Positions 13,701 to 27,029 of a stretch of 64,000 bases of DNA are shown here, piece by piece (position 1 is the stretch's first letter; each line of letters starts with the position of its first letter). Position numbers and translations under genes: made by a program. The stretch is from Curvularia clavata. Lineage: Eukaryota. Below the pieces are notes generated by a model. It made no database searches, had not been told where the DNA came from, and saw only the letters and a list, made by a program, of their open reading frames with translations. The DNA lies in NCBI GenBank assembly GCA_023920165.1, contig CP089279.1:434001-498000 (forward strand). Direction: 5' to 3'.

Positions 13701-15719
13701 AACCTCAATGTCATCTTCGGGTTCAATGCGTTCGAGCAAAAGCTCTTGGCACTGCAGCACCACATCAGTCTCACACAGTTTTTCTACGGCGCTGTACGTT
13801 TCTCGTAGCACTTGTATCACCAAAGTCCGGATTGATCGTGGGCGTATAGTGTCGTTGAAGATGCCTGTGACAATGCACTGACAAAAGTGCAGCCAATCTT
13901 CGTTGGAGGGGCTAAGGCGGCGTTCATCTGCATAATAGCGGATGACTCTTTCAGCGGTTGCATCGCTCACACGATGAGAAAGGCGTAAAAAGAGGTCCAT
14001 GGTCGCTTCACGCTGGACAAAATCAAAAGAATCGCTAAGATGGTCCAGCTTGACCAGGACTTTGAATATGCCATCTGAAGGGTCTCTATGATGATGCTGC
14101 TCTTGTTGCGATGAGGCATTCTGGTCGTGTGGCCCTACATCGTCGTCATGCTCAAATCCGCCTATAGGCGGCGAGTACGAAGCAAATCGATGACGAACCA
14201 CAGGCCGGCCATTGTTCGATCTAGCATCCTCGGGAAGAGATGTTTGTCTGTCAAAGGAGGCCTTCTTCTCGATACTGAGCTTATCGGTTGTTTTGGCAGC
14301 TCCAGCACGGAAACGGTCGTCGTCACGCTCGGCACAAACACAGATTACCTCAAGCAAATCCCCCAAATCGCTTTCAGCCAGAAGCAGATCCTTCATGCCG
14401 TCTTGGTCGAGAACGGTATCTATCAAGCTGATGATGATCTGTTCCTGGTCGGTGTTTGGCCTCTGGATGGACGCTTTAAGGGCAGGGAAGAGTAACGACA
14501 TGGGGACCTTGGGCAACTCGTTCCGGCCATTCTCCAGGAGAAGGAGGCGCAGAACTAGCGTGGTACCTGTATACATGCTGTCGAGCTTTTTCTTTTCAAC
14601 CTCCGGCAAAGGGTCTTGGGTGGGGCCGTCGAGGAGCATATGTAGCAAGACAGATATCGCAGCCTGACCTATGTGAGACTTGAACAGATTACTCAGCGTG
14701 TTCCACGCTTGGTCCTGGAATCCAGGGATGCGCTTGTGAATCTCGCTCAAAACCTGCAAACATGGATGAAGCGATTTTGTGGGAACGTGGACATAGGTGA
14801 TGATGGTATCAAAGAGTTTGATGCCACATTCAACATCAGGCCTGTACGATGTAGCTTTACAGATGGCGACGGTTCTCCGTATCAAGAGATCCAGATCATC
14901 GTCAGTGAAGACCTTGGCGTTGAATTTGCAGATGTCGATAGCGAACTGAAAGGCACGGAACATATTGGCGGCCTCTTGCGGTGGGTTCGCCGCCGGCTTC
15001 TTCCCACTTGACCTGCTCCGCTGGGCGTTCAAAGCGTCTCTGCTTGCGTGGAAACAGGTGTCCAGCGAGGTCAAGACAAAGGAGACTATACCGGCCTCGC
15101 AAGACTCGACGTCGCGGCCATCGTGGGTCAGAGTAGTGACAACCTCGAGTCTCCTGTCAAAAAAGCGATCGTTCTTGCGGAGACAGGCCGCGTCGAAAAG
15201 GACGGTTCGCTCGATATTGGTGAGGTTGGCGAGGGAGGCGCAGGTCTTGAGGAGCTTGTAGCCCACTTCCGCGACGTCATCTGGCTGTTCGGGGAGGAGC
15301 AGGTCGCTGGCCACGGACCACAGGGCCAAAACGTTCTGCACCGGGGACTCTTCAAGGATGGCGCATATCTTGTCCACAACGACGGCCCTCTCGGCAAACG
15401 GGTGGCTCCGGTCGAGCTGGACGATAAGGTCTTCGAGTTCTGGGGGGCCGCCCGTCACTGTCCTGGCAGCGCGCTGGCCTGTAACATGGCCGATGCGCTG
15501 AAGGGTACTGTCGGCTGGGTGCGGGCTAGAGAGCGAATGGGATCGGACGGTACCAAGCGAGGGAGTGCGCGCAGGCGTGCTGGTAGCCGATGTGATAGAG
15601 GGCGGCGGCGTTGGGCTCTTCAAGCGACCACCCGTGAGGGAGCGAAAGGCTGTGAAGAGAGCCTGGGTGGAGGAGCGGCGGTCGGGCGTGCGTGGGTCAT
15701 GGTCCAACGGCGGAGACAT
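10769..15719 (-). CDS. TSC2: Tuberin (TSC2), Rheb GTPase-activating protein, ~1631 aa
   Basis: Intron 11870-11924. Tuberin region CIHALSVCCFEIP...HILEFL; C-terminal Rap-GAP domain KVGVIYIG...KKRHIGNDFVNIIFN...FPSQFN. Confidence 0.93.
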
Positions 15720-16275
15720 GCGTCTCGGTGTCGCGAAGGTGCGTGGGCCTTGGGAAGGGGAAGGGATAGAGAAATATGGTGTATGTGGCTCCTGGGCTAC
15801 AGCGCTATCGCTACGAGGAATAGAGAAGAGGGCTATGAGAGTGGCGCAAACGCATCGAGGCTATCATCCGGGCGGGTTGGCGAGACGGCGGGGCTGGCGG
15901 TGCCCATCTGCTATTGCTGGCGGGTATGCGGCGCGGAGCACAAGCGGGGGGCGGCAGAGGCAGCAGACACGGCGCCTGGATGCTGGCGAGGGCGAGGCGA
16001 GTCGTCGTCGTCGTTGCTGTCGGCGTGGGCGTGGAGGAGAGGCGGCGTGTGTTCATGTCCTGGCATAAGATGGACTGAAAATCATCATCTGGGGTATCGA
16101 ATCCCTGTCTCTTGCGCGCCAAAGCTCCCGCGCCCACTAGCGCAGTAAAGTGGGCAACAGCCCCAAACAGCAACCATCGGCCAAACACTTGTCGTCGTCT
16201 TTTTTTTTCCTCCCTCGCCCTCGCCCGCTCTTCGTTCCTCGCGCCTTGCTGCTCCTGTGCTTCATTCTCGCAATC

Positions 16276-19200
16276 ATGGCCGCTGATATTGCCACCATCT
16301 CACAATTGCTCCAGGCTAGTCTGGATCCCCGCCAGAACAAGCAGGGTGAGTTCGTCTTTTGTTTACCCAGCGCTCCTTTTGATGAAGAATGCCAAACCGC
16401 AAAGGAATAGACGCGGATTTCATTGTCTAGCCACTATAACGGACGGATAGCAGATGCACTGACGGCATCGTACGCCGTGTGGCTAGACTTCACATCCTCA
16501 CCGCACCCCTCCATTGCTTTCGCCGCCATACTGACTTTTCGCAGCCGAAGCCGCCATTGCCCAGGAACAGACCAAGCCTGGCTTCTCGCTCACCCTCCTT
16601 CAGATTGTCGCCTCAGATGCCGACCCCCAGACGACACGGTTATCCGCCGCACTCTACTTCAAGAACTTCATAAAGCGGAATTGGGTCGACGAGGACGGTA
16701 ACTACAAGCTGCCCCAGGATGAGGTGGTCGCAATCAAGAGAGAGCTCATTGGCCTCATGGTCTCTGTGCCGGCGAGCTTGCAAGCCCAGCTCGGTGAGGC
16801 CATCAGCGCCATTGCAGACAGCGACTTCTGGCAGAGATGGGACACGCTGGTTGACGATCTGATTTCGCGTCTCACCCCCGACAACACCGTCGTCAACAAT
16901 GGTGTACTCCAAGTTGCACACTCCATCTTCAAGCGATGGCGGCCGCTGTTCCGCTCCGACGACCTCTTCACCGAAATCAACCACGTTCTGTCCAAATTTG
17001 GCACCCCCTTCCTCCAGCTGCTCGAGAACACCGACACCCTCATCACAAACTCGCAGGGCAACCCCGAGACACTCAAAAACGCCTTCACCACGCTCGATCT
17101 TCTCATCAAGCTGTTCTATGATCTTTCGTGCCAAGATCTGCCGCCCGTCTTCGAGGACCACATCGGTGTCATTTCAGGACTGCTCCACAAGTACCTCGTC
17201 TACGACAACCCCGCTCTACACACAGATGACGACTCCGAGTCGGGCCCGCAGGAGTATGTGCGCGCAGGCATCTTCGAGGCACTCATGCTGTACATTCAAA
17301 AGTACGAAGATGTCTTTGGCTCACATCTGGGTCAGTTCATCGAGAGCACTTGGAGTTTCTTGATGTCAGTTGGACTGGAGACCAAGTACGACATCTTGGT
17401 CAGCAAGGCGCTGCAGTTTCTCACTTCAGTCGCTTCGACACAACACGCCGAGGCTTTCAACAACCAGACTGTCTTGGTCCAGGTCATTGAGAAGGTCATT
17501 CTACCAAACCTGACACTCCGCGAGTCCGATGTCGAGCTGTTCGAGGATGAGCCGATTGAGTTCATCAGGAGAGATTTGGAAGGTTCTGACAGCGACACCC
17601 GCCGACGCGCTGCGACAAACTTTCTGCGCCAGCTCATGGCCCGCTTTGAGACTCTCGTCACAAGCACTTCCAAGACGTACATCGATGCCTACCTCCAGGA
17701 CTACGCAAAGGACACTGCCAACAACTGGAAGTCCAAAGATACGGCAGTCTACCTCTTCACTGCCATTGCCGCAAAGGGTACTGCTACCGCTGGTCAGGGT
17801 GTTATGAGCGTGAACGAGAATGTCAATATCCTCGAATTCTTCCAATCGCACATCGCCGCTGATTTGCAGGGACAAGGCGCCTCGCCAATCCTCAAGGTGG
17901 ACGCCATCAAGTTCCTATATGTCTTCCGCAGCCAGCTATCACCCGATCTGTGGCGCGCTGCCTTCCCACTGCTCGTGAATCAGCTCGGCGATGAGAACTA
18001 TGTCATCCATACATACGCAGCTATTGCCGTAGAACGCGCTCTGTTTATGACCGACGCCAACCGACAGCCCATCATCCCCAAGGCCGACGTAATCGGATCC
18101 TCCAAGGATCTCCTGGCACACCTGTTCAAGCTCATCACCAAGAACTCTGCCCCAGAAAAGATCCAGGAGAACGAGTTCCTGATGAAGTGTGTCATGCGTG
18201 TCCTCATTTTCGTGCGCGATGGCGTTCTGCCAATCTGCGAAACTGTCCTGCAGAACTTTATCAATATTGTCAAGGTTATTAGGCACAACCCTAGCAATCC
18301 TCGCTTCCAGTACTACTTGTTTGAGGGCATTGGAGCGCTCGTCCGATTTGGAGCACCAAAGCACCCCCAGTTCTTCGAGGAGAAACTATACGAGCCGTTT
18401 GCAGCCTGTCTACAGGCCAACGTTGAGGAGTTCTCCCCCTACATTTTCCAGATTTTCTCTGCCCTGCTCGAAGCGAACCCCTCTGGTCAGCTGAGCGAGT
18501 ACTACAGGAGTCTGTTCGCAATCATCATCCAGGGTGCCGTTTGGGAGCAGCGTGGAAATGTGCCTGCATTGGCCCGTCTGCTCAGCGCTATGGTCGCCCG
18601 CGATTCTCAGCACATCGTAGCTAACAAGCACCTGGAGCCAATTTTGGGTATTTTCCAGAAGCTCGTCACCACCAAGGCACATGAAACTTACTCGTTCGAA
18701 CTCATCGAGTCGGTCGTCGCCCACATTCCGGCTGATGCCCTCCAACCATACTTTGTCACCATTGTCCAACTTATGCTGACAAGATTGTCCAACATGAAGA
18801 CGGAGAACTTCCAGCAGCGTTTCATTGCCTTTTACCACTTTGTCTCTGCACGACTAGACAAGGGCCTTGGCACTGATTTCTTCATCAGTGTTACTGACCA
18901 GGTCCAGCACGAGTAAGTTGCCATTATTGATGACGGTGATTCACGACTAACACGACCACAGTGTCTTTAAGCCCATCTATCTGACCGTCATCCTCCCCGA
19001 CACCCAGAAGCTTGCGCGTCCCACCGACCGCAAGACTGCCGTGGTATCCTTTACCAAGACTCTGGGCGACTCACAGGCTTTTGTCGACAGATACCCCAAG
19101 GGCTGGATGCTGACTACGCAGCGTCTGATTGAGCTGCTTGTCAACCCGCCTGTGCCCACAGCAGCCGACGACATTATCCCTGACGCTGACGTCGATGAGA

Positions 19201-19403
19201 TTGGCTTTGGTGTTGGCTTCACCCAACTCAACACGTGCAAGAAGGCGCCTCGCGATCCGTTCCCAGAGATTGCTGATGTCAAGCAGTGGGTGGGTGAGTA
19301 TCTCAAGGACGCAGATGCGCGCCACGGCGGCCGAATCGTCAAGTTTGTGCAGGAGCGTCTGGACGATACATCTAAGCAGGCGTTGGCAGCTTATCTGAGC
19401 TAG
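16276..19403 (+). CDS. CSE1: Importin-alpha re-exporter Cse1/CAS (959 aa)
   Basis: Exons 16276-16345, 16545-18912 and 18962-19403. Motifs ALYFKNFIKRNW, FEDEPIEFIRRDLEGSDSDTRRRAA, ENEFLMKCVMRV. Confidence 0.95.
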
Positions 19404-20263
19404 ATGGCTCAAGGAAGTCGGTTATGGCTGCTGTAGTAGATTTGGATGTGGAAAAATAACAATGATGGAAAAACGAAATCAACGGCGTGAGGTAGATGGG
19501 GAGAAAAAGTGGGTTTCTTCAGGGACGAGGGTTAATGATACCAGGGTTAGAATATGTGGTAGGGAATTTTTTTTTACGAGTTATTTGGTAAAGTGTTGAT
19601 CTTTTTTTTTCTTCTCAAAATAGAGCAAATACAGCTTCAAGTTTGAGACTTTGTGGAAATCCTGCCGAATTAAAACGTGCATGTTTCATCTAATTTTGCA
19701 ATGCATGTTTTTTTTTAACTTTATGGTTAAGAAAGTGGATGCAATGAGTACCACAAAGAAGACAGCGTAGGAGAAAATGCAAAGGCACAAAGACAGATAC
19801 GAAATGCACCATTCTTCACAGCACAAACGAAAGGTTTTCAAAAAACAACAATCATATTCGTTTCAAAAAAAAGGTCACAAAAAAGCCAGAATACATCTGA
19901 CCGACTTGATTAAAGTAGATGCCTATATCGTTTGGAAAAAAACAAAGATAAAATCAAGCGCTCGCTAAAAACCCCCCATTTCTTTTTATGAATTTGGCAA
20001 TGAAAAGAGACAACGCCTAAAGGAGATTGAAAACGCTCCAAAAAACACCTTTCTTTCCATCCCGGTGTTCGTGTCTTCCCAAGCAAATGCTCCCCCAAGA
20101 TGTCTAACAAACCATGTTGCATCAAATGAAAAAAACCGTGTCCCAAGACTCTCTATTCCCGTGCAAGAAAAAGTCTTTGAAATGAAAAATGTCGGTGGTC
20201 ATCAACTATGGGTATCTCTTCTTTTTCTGTCACACACACAACTGTGTCAAACACCATTCTTGT

Positions 20264-21970
20264 CTAAGCGTACTTCTCAATCATGGCCATGGCACCGTGC
20301 TTCTCAAGGCCCTCAAGCGCAGTCTGGAGCTCAGCAACAAAGCGCTTGTCGTTGCGGAGGTCGTCACCGAAAAGGCTGGTGATGTTGAGCTGGGCCATGG
20401 GACCCTGGGCGGCATGGGCCTGGAGCTCCTCGACCATTGGGTCGTCGACCTTGAAGGCCTTGCCGGCGTCGTCGATGCCGTTGTTGTAGCGGAACCAGGC
20501 GGCGGCGACAAGGGTGAGGCGGCGGAGGGGTCCACCGGCAACGATTTGCTCGGCAATGCTGGGCATGATGAATTGTGGGATCTTGCCACTGCCGCCGAGG
20601 CAGATGCGGGGAAGCTCGTCCTTAAGAGTGGGGTTGGAGAAGCGGCCGAGGAGAGTGTTGCAGTAGTCGTCGACGCTGACGCCGGGGATCTGGGGGAGCA
20701 GAGGTTTGACTTCCTGCTGCATCATGTTGATGATGAATTGGCGGTAGACGGGGTGGCCGATGACCTCGTGGATGTAGTTGAAGCCGGCGAGCTGGCCAGC
20801 ATAGCCCATGGCAGAGTGGGATCCGTTGAGAAGACGGAGCTTGATCATCTCGTACTCCTCGACCTGGTGGACGTTGGGGACAATCTGGACACCGGCCTTC
20901 TCGAAGGGAGGGCGGCCGTCAACAAACTTGTCCTCGAGCACCCACTGGTGGAAGGGCTCGGTGACGACTGGCCAGGCATCCTCGACACCAAAGTTCTGGG
21001 CAAGGCTGAGCTTGTCCTCCTCGTTGGTGCGGGGAGTGATGCGGTCGACCATGGAGTTGGGGAAAGCACCGTTGCTGGCGATCCAGTCGGCAACCTCGGG
21101 GTTGAAGTGGCGGGCGAAGGAGACGAGCATGTCACGGCTGATGTCACCGTTCTTCTGCATGTTGTCGCAGGACAGAACGGTGAAAGGGCGCAGACCAGCT
21201 GCGTGGCGGCGAGCCATGGCGGCATAGAGGTAACCGAAGACGGTGCGGGGAGGCTGTCCACCAGCCAAGTCGGCGGCAACGTCAGGGTGGTCGGTCTGGA
21301 GCTCGTGGGTGTTCTCGTTCATGTAGTAACCGCTCTCGGTGACAGTCATGGAGACAATGTGGGTATCTGGGTGGGCCATCTTGGCGACAACAGCCTCGGC
21401 GTTGTCGGGAGCAAAGAGGTAGTCGGTGATGCTACCAACAACACGGGCGCTGCTGCCCTCGGCGGCACGCTCGATAATGGTGTAGAGGTTGTCCTGAGGC
21501 TTCAGGGCATCGCGCATGGGAGCAGCGAATGGCTGGAGGTCAACACCGCAGATGGACCAGTCCTGGACGTTGAACTGCTCGAGAAGGGTGTCGACGTAAG
21601 CGGCAAGATGGGCGCGGTGGAAACCACCAACACCAACGTGGACGATGCCCTGCTTGACGCCTTGCCTGTTGTAGGTGGGGACAGAGACATTCTGGAGCTG
21701 TGCGAGGTTCTTGGTGTTGAGCTTGATGGGGGCAGCTACTGCGCGGCGAGCTTGTGTTTGTGTCTGGCTAGGGATCTTCTCTTCCTTTCGGTGAGTGAAC
21801 TCCCTTGGGGGAGCGTTGTAGATGGGCTTTCCCTCTGAGGGTGTCTGTCGAACAGCCTCGGTGCTCTGGAATCTGATGGGAGCGGCAGCACGGTAGCCGG
21901 GCCTGGTAGACTGGAAGACAGCGCGGGCGCGGGCTGCTCGCAGCAGGTTCCTTGGTACTTGAGGAGGCAT
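20264..21970 (-). CDS. Mannitol 2-dehydrogenase (long-chain polyol-specific family) with N-terminal extension
   Basis: Intronless 568 aa; GIVHVGVGGFHRAH, SMTVTESGY, SCDN, FPNSMVDRITP, KLRLLNGSH; strong C-ending codon bias. Confidence 0.93.
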   Translation of the reverse strand: MPPQVPRNLLRAARARAVFQSTRPGYRAAAPIRFQSTEAVRQTPSEGKPIYNAPPREFTHRKEEKIPSQTQTQARRAVAAPIKLNTKNLAQLQNVSVPTYNRQGVKQGIVHVGVGGFHRAHLAAYVDTLLEQFNVQDWSICGVDLQPFAAPMRDALKPQDNLYTIIERAAEGSSARVVGSITDYLFAPDNAEAVVAKMAHPDTHIVSMTVTESGYYMNENTHELQTDHPDVAADLAGGQPPRTVFGYLYAAMARRHAAGLRPFTVLSCDNMQKNGDISRDMLVSFARHFNPEVADWIASNGAFPNSMVDRITPRTNEEDKLSLAQNFGVEDAWPVVTEPFHQWVLEDKFVDGRPPFEKAGVQIVPNVHQVEEYEMIKLRLLNGSHSAMGYAGQLAGFNYIHEVIGHPVYRQFIINMMQQEVKPLLPQIPGVSVDDYCNTLLGRFSNPTLKDELPRICLGGSGKIPQFIMPSIAEQIVAGGPLRRLTLVAAAWFRYNNGIDDAGKAFKVDDPMVEELQAHAAQGPMAQLNITSLFGDDLRNDKRFVAELQTALEGLEKHGAMAMIEKYA

Positions 21971-23863
21971 GGTTGGAATTAAGTGTATATGTGTGTGTGG
22001 AAAGAGGTTACGGTGGAGGAAGAGAAAAATAGAGACGGATGAGCAGAGAAAGAGAAGGCGAGGGCTTGGGGGTTATAAAGGCAATGCTCAATCCTTTTTG
22101 TGGGCTCGAAGGTACATGTCTCGTAAGCATATGGTGCGAGGAAAAAAAAAGTCGCCCATAGCTCTAGTGGCCCCTATTTTTTCAGAGGGTCTAGGCATGG
22201 TGGATTCTGAGTCGGGAAACGAAGGCTGATAGCCTGTGCTTCGGGAAACGTGGGCACGACGACCAAAGGGGGAGCATGGTGAGAGACGGGGGGACGGGTG
22301 CTGCGGCTTGGATTGTGTTGTGTCGGCGGGCGGTGGCGGGCTGGATGGGGGACGTGGGTACGTGCAGGGGTCCGCCCACCGCCGTGCAGGAACAGTTTGG
22401 CGGGTTGGTACCGGACGGACAGTTAGGCTTTTTTCTTGCCCTCTTGACGCGTCTGCTGAACGAAGCCCCGGTTTTTAGACTGGATAAAAGTTTCAGACTT
22501 TTTTTTCTGCTGCCCGTACTGCGGCCGCCGACTTGAGGGCAGTGGGGGACGGCGAACCACAATTGAGCCGTAGTGCTGATGCTTCAAGGCGAGATTGTGC
22601 GAGCCATGGTGACAAGTGACAGCAGGCTGTGGCTTGCGGCTCTATCCAAAACCACACAGTGCACTACGCGGCTGGGTCTATTGGCGTGGGGCATAGCGTG
22701 GGGAGCGAGGGGAGAGGGATGGGGGGTGCGTTGGTTCGCGCCCGACATGGCCATGAAGCCGCGACGCCAGGGCTGGCTGTCGTGTTGTCGCTGCTGTTGA
22801 CCGCATTATCAGGTGGCGCTTGGCAAGCCATGCAGCGAGAGGATGCGACGGCTCTAGCCTCAGCGTGGGAGCGGGTCTGGAAGGCGTGTAGGAATACAGC
22901 CAGATGTGTTGAGGGATGGACTCCAGCGATGACTCGTTCACCGACTTCTGGACGTCAAAACGGCCACCAAAAGGATCTACGCCTTGCAGGCCAGCCTCAT
23001 GCGATATCGCACTTGCACTTGCGCAGCGGCACATCATCCCCGCCAAACTTGACTGCACATGCATGTGCATGCTTACAATAGATCGGCACCCATATGCACC
23101 AAAGCCCACCTTTTCGCCGCTTCGACGTCAAGAGGGCCCAGACTCGCCACCGGTTATCCTTATTTGGTGCAAGCCGAGGCGGTCCGTCCAGGGGGGCTGC
23201 ATGCAAGCCGACCAACCGAACAGCCATGGAAGCACGCCATTCCCACTTTCGTGGCCTTCTCGAAGGAAGGCGAAAAAAGGAAAAAAACAAGATATGCACC
23301 TTGAGCTTATCCGGTGGTCCCCAGATAAGGTATCGTGATCCACTCCTAGGTGTGCTCCCCACGCTGCCGGACGCTGATACACTCCCGGCCATGGGGATCC
23401 ACAGTCAGCGAGACTATGGCATTCTCCAATGCAGCTCCAAACGCGTTGAGGATGCTCTAGTCGTGAAGAAGCAACTCGCAACGCAAACCCGCTCCATCCT
23501 TCTCTTGGGCCTGCTTCAGCACAGACGCCATCCGGAGAATACCTTTGAACAATCAAACATGGCGAAAGCTTGGAATTGTCTCGGCATATTGTTTGCACGC
23601 GGCCGCCCTGGCCATGGGACTGCCGCCTGCCCCGTGTCCATCGTCACGCGTAACATTTAGGTTCGCGGAATGCTTGCCGCCTTCCTCCCCCAAGCAATAA
23701 GCAACGTAATCTGCTTCTTCACGATGCCCGTTTCGAGACGGTCCATTTCCCCCCAGACGGCCCAATGGTCTTTGCACACTTCCCCACGTCTTCCAATAGC
23801 CACAGGTTACGCGTTCCTATTCTCCTTTTTTTCTTTTTTTAATCTTGCCCGCGGCGCAGCGCC

Positions 23864-25954
23864 TCAGCCCAGCCTCAAAAACACTTCGCGCATCTTCTCA
23901 TACCTTGGCGTTCCATGCCCCGTGACTGCATCCCATCCGGTGCTCGCTGCAAAGCCCTCCGTCCCGCACCCCGGGTTCTTGCCCTCGGTGATGTCGTTGA
24001 ACATGTCCGGGTACTTGTAGATGATGGGGTTCAGGAAGCCAATCGGCTTTTTGCCCGCCTCCAGCCGCTCTTCGTTGAGGAGTGTGATGATGCTAGCAAA
24101 GATAGGCGCTGCTACTGAAGTACCGCCCTCGGTGGCGTCGTTGCCCTGAAGCACTATCGGCATGTTGAGGCCTATGGCAGCCACGTCGGGATACGCCCGT
24201 CCGGAGGAATTGAAAACCGATTTCCCGTATGCGGGCGCATGCTCACTCAGGTATTTTGATACGGCGCTGGCTTGCCACGGCGGACGAGCAAACACATCTG
24301 AGAAGCCTCCCCCAGAGTAGTATGACATCCCGTACATCGAGTCGGCCACCGCCTTTTCTCCCCCTGATATGCTTCCGTCACGAAGTGTTGTCCCACCAAC
24401 CACAGTTACCTACTTGCGGTTAGCATATGCATACACATTCACAAGAATCAAGTATGAAAAGCCACTTGCATAAGGGCAGCTCTGAGGAAAGCTGGGTGCA
24501 AAACGCGTGCCTTCGGCGTCCACATGACCATGCTCAGCATCGAGGCACACATCCTGTCTGTTAGCAACACCATTGTCTCCCGAAGCAAAGATGACACTAA
24601 CACCTTGCAGTGCCAGTTTCATCCATTCGTGACACTGACGCTCTTGGTAGAACCGGGGAAGCCCGCCCTCGACCAAGCCGTAGGAGATGGAGAGCACGTT
24701 GCTCATGGGTGCCCCACCGCATTGCAGCGGGCCCACGTAGCCGCCATCCTTGGGGCTAGGGTACGACGGATCCGTGTAGGGCTGATTGCCACCTTGATAC
24801 GTGCAGTATGAGGCGTCCTGCGGCGGGTCAGCTCGTTAGTGAAGGCGGATCTAGGGCTTGGAGCGGGACCCACCAGAGCATCTAAGAATACGTTAAACGA
24901 GCCAGTCTGGTCCATACTAGCCGAGTCTCCCACTTGATACAGCCGTACCTGTTGTGGCCAGATGATGGAGTAGGCAGTTTGCACGTCCAGTGCACTTTCA
25001 GATCTCCCAGCTGTGGGGGCCGCAGTGTCATTTGCGTCCTCGCCACCAATGTTGATAACCTCAGGGAAAACATCGGGCGGAATTTTAGGGTCGGTAAATC
25101 TCTGATGGAACTGTTTTAGATCTGCAGCCGAAAGGTAGTCCCACCATTGAGGTATGCCGAGCTGGTTCCCAGTGTGGTTGTACTTGCCCGTGGGGATGCC
25201 GTAGAGAGCGCGCAAGCAGTTGATGGTCATCATGTTTTTACAGTGCGAGAGATCATTCAGGTCCGTATAGCTCGGTGGGCTTGACTTGAACAATCCAAAC
25301 TGGCCTACAGGTCGTAATCCATCGAGTTGGATTGTCGGCATGACAAAATCGACGTGCTCGCGTACATGTTGTGGGAGGCCATACTCGTCGCACGCAATGC
25401 GAAAGTCCCCGCTGAACGTGTTTTTGAAAATGTAGTACCGAGCGTCGAAGAGCCTCTCCGCTTCTGCAATAGTGGCTGAGAACTCTATCCAGTTGCGTCC
25501 TGAATGGTCAACCAAAAAGGAATTGTACATTTGCATAGTCCTTGACGTACCTGCCGAATAGCTGATTCGCTTGATATTTATGCCCGACACCTGGAGCCAC
25601 TCAAGCGTGATGTCGGTCGATTCCTTGCTTGGTGCAAATGTGTTTGCGATTTTCTCAGCTGTCCAGTGTTTGCCTGCATGTCGCTATCAGCAGAGAGAAG
25701 GAGCCAAGGCGTGGGGCAGCTCTACCAAAATTGGGCGAGTCTGGATCCGAAATGTCGAGGAGAAAACGTTCGCCGTTGTCAAGGTTCTGCTGCTTCAAGG
25801 CGACTCGAATAGGCAGGATGACGTCCTTCTGTGCTCTCGACTGCTTGGTCCATGCATCTGCTGGCCCGTCTCGTTTCTCGTGAACTGTGTGCGTGCTGGG
25901 TGGCGTCGTGGCAAAGACACCGAGGCTGCACAAGAGCCACGTGAGGACACGCAT
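23864..25954 (-). CDS. Secreted sedolisin / tripeptidyl-peptidase (peptidase S53), ~623 aa
   Basis: Signal peptide and pro-domain (DISDPDSPNFG-KHWT). Introns 25674-25725, 25500-25550, 24818-24873 and a GC-AG intron 24410-24469. Catalytic ESALD, SGDNG, GGTSVAAP; Ca-site WDAVTGHGTP. Confidence 0.9.
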
Positions 25955-27029
25955 GTTGTGTGACAGGGTGACAGGAATCCAATTGTTGCTTGGATTGGCA
26001 GGCCACTGCACGGGAGCGGACCGCCCGCGATTAATATGTAGCTACTGGATCCAGGCAGGATGGCATTGGTGCAGGTGTGTTGGCTGACTCGGCCTCAGAT
26101 ACCCATGGCGCAGGCCTCGTCCTGCCCACCTTGCCCGAATAGTGGCCCCGGGCATGTAAGCATCAACGCTGACTGGCTGCCCGCCACTACGGGCCCTTTT
26201 TCCCCTCAAGTACGAGTGTACCCGCATGCTAACGATGGACCCGGCGACATCTGCACCAACGGCTCTTGATCCAGCGTCCGCCCCTTTCGTCGTTCACGCG
26301 GCAGAGCTTGGTTGTGGATAGCGCCCGAGGTTTACAGAGGCGAGGAGCTAGAGTGCCGCCTCCACGGGACGCTCGTCTATGTCCTCGCTTGGGTAGCCAT
26401 GGTAGGTTTGAAAGACGTTGGGTGTCCGAGCAGCCACTATGTGATTGGTTGTCTCTATAGCGTAGGAGAATGATATTTACTGTGGCAAGCTAAAGATTGC
26501 CTCCTCCATAGCGCCTTGAGGCACTGTAGGCAGAGCTGGTCTCCTTTCTACCCTCTTCTTATTCCTCTCACCGGACTAGGACGAGCATTTTGCTACGAAT
26601 ATGTATTCATGTAGGTTGTATACCTGGCAGGAGCTAACCGCATCTGTCGGACCCTGATGCAAGGGACATGTCCGAGGTCAGATCAGCAGCAACATGCCAA
26701 AGTACTCAAAAATTTTATCGATACAAAGTAGAGATTACAACATAGTTTCTCTAGCCAAGAGCCGATATTCAATCATGCCAGTCTTCCTGCACTTCCGTCG
26801 ACGCCTGCAATGGCCACCTGGAGAAGGGAGTAGACAATGCAATGATTCAGCCGGGGATACGTCAACGATGCGCTGAGCAAACAAAATTATTGAAACGCGG
26901 GTTTATCTATTCCAACCCCGACAGGTGCAAGCAGGCCATGGCTCCATCAACGCCTAAGCAGTGTGTCGCGACAAGACGTACAAACGTCTCCATTACGATA
27001 AAAGTCCCAATTCCTTGCGTACTCAAGTC

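Noticed and set aside
15048..16148. 366-aa + strand ORF overlapping the TSC2 5' end
   Set aside because: Antisense to a clear gene and running into a GC-rich promoter; low-complexity translation.
19404..20263. Poly-A/poly-T tracts between CSE1 and mannitol dehydrogenase
   Set aside because: Consistent with ordinary convergent 3' UTRs and terminators; no periodic repeat structure.
20189..21838. 549-aa + strand ORF antisense to mannitol dehydrogenase
   Set aside because: It is an in-register shadow ORF expected from strong C-ending codon bias on the sense strand, with no recognisable motifs.
21971..23863. Many overlapping 80-190 aa ORFs upstream of mannitol dehydrogenase
   Set aside because: GC-rich intergenic DNA with ORFs in all frames, no domain or splice logic; more likely a long promoter.
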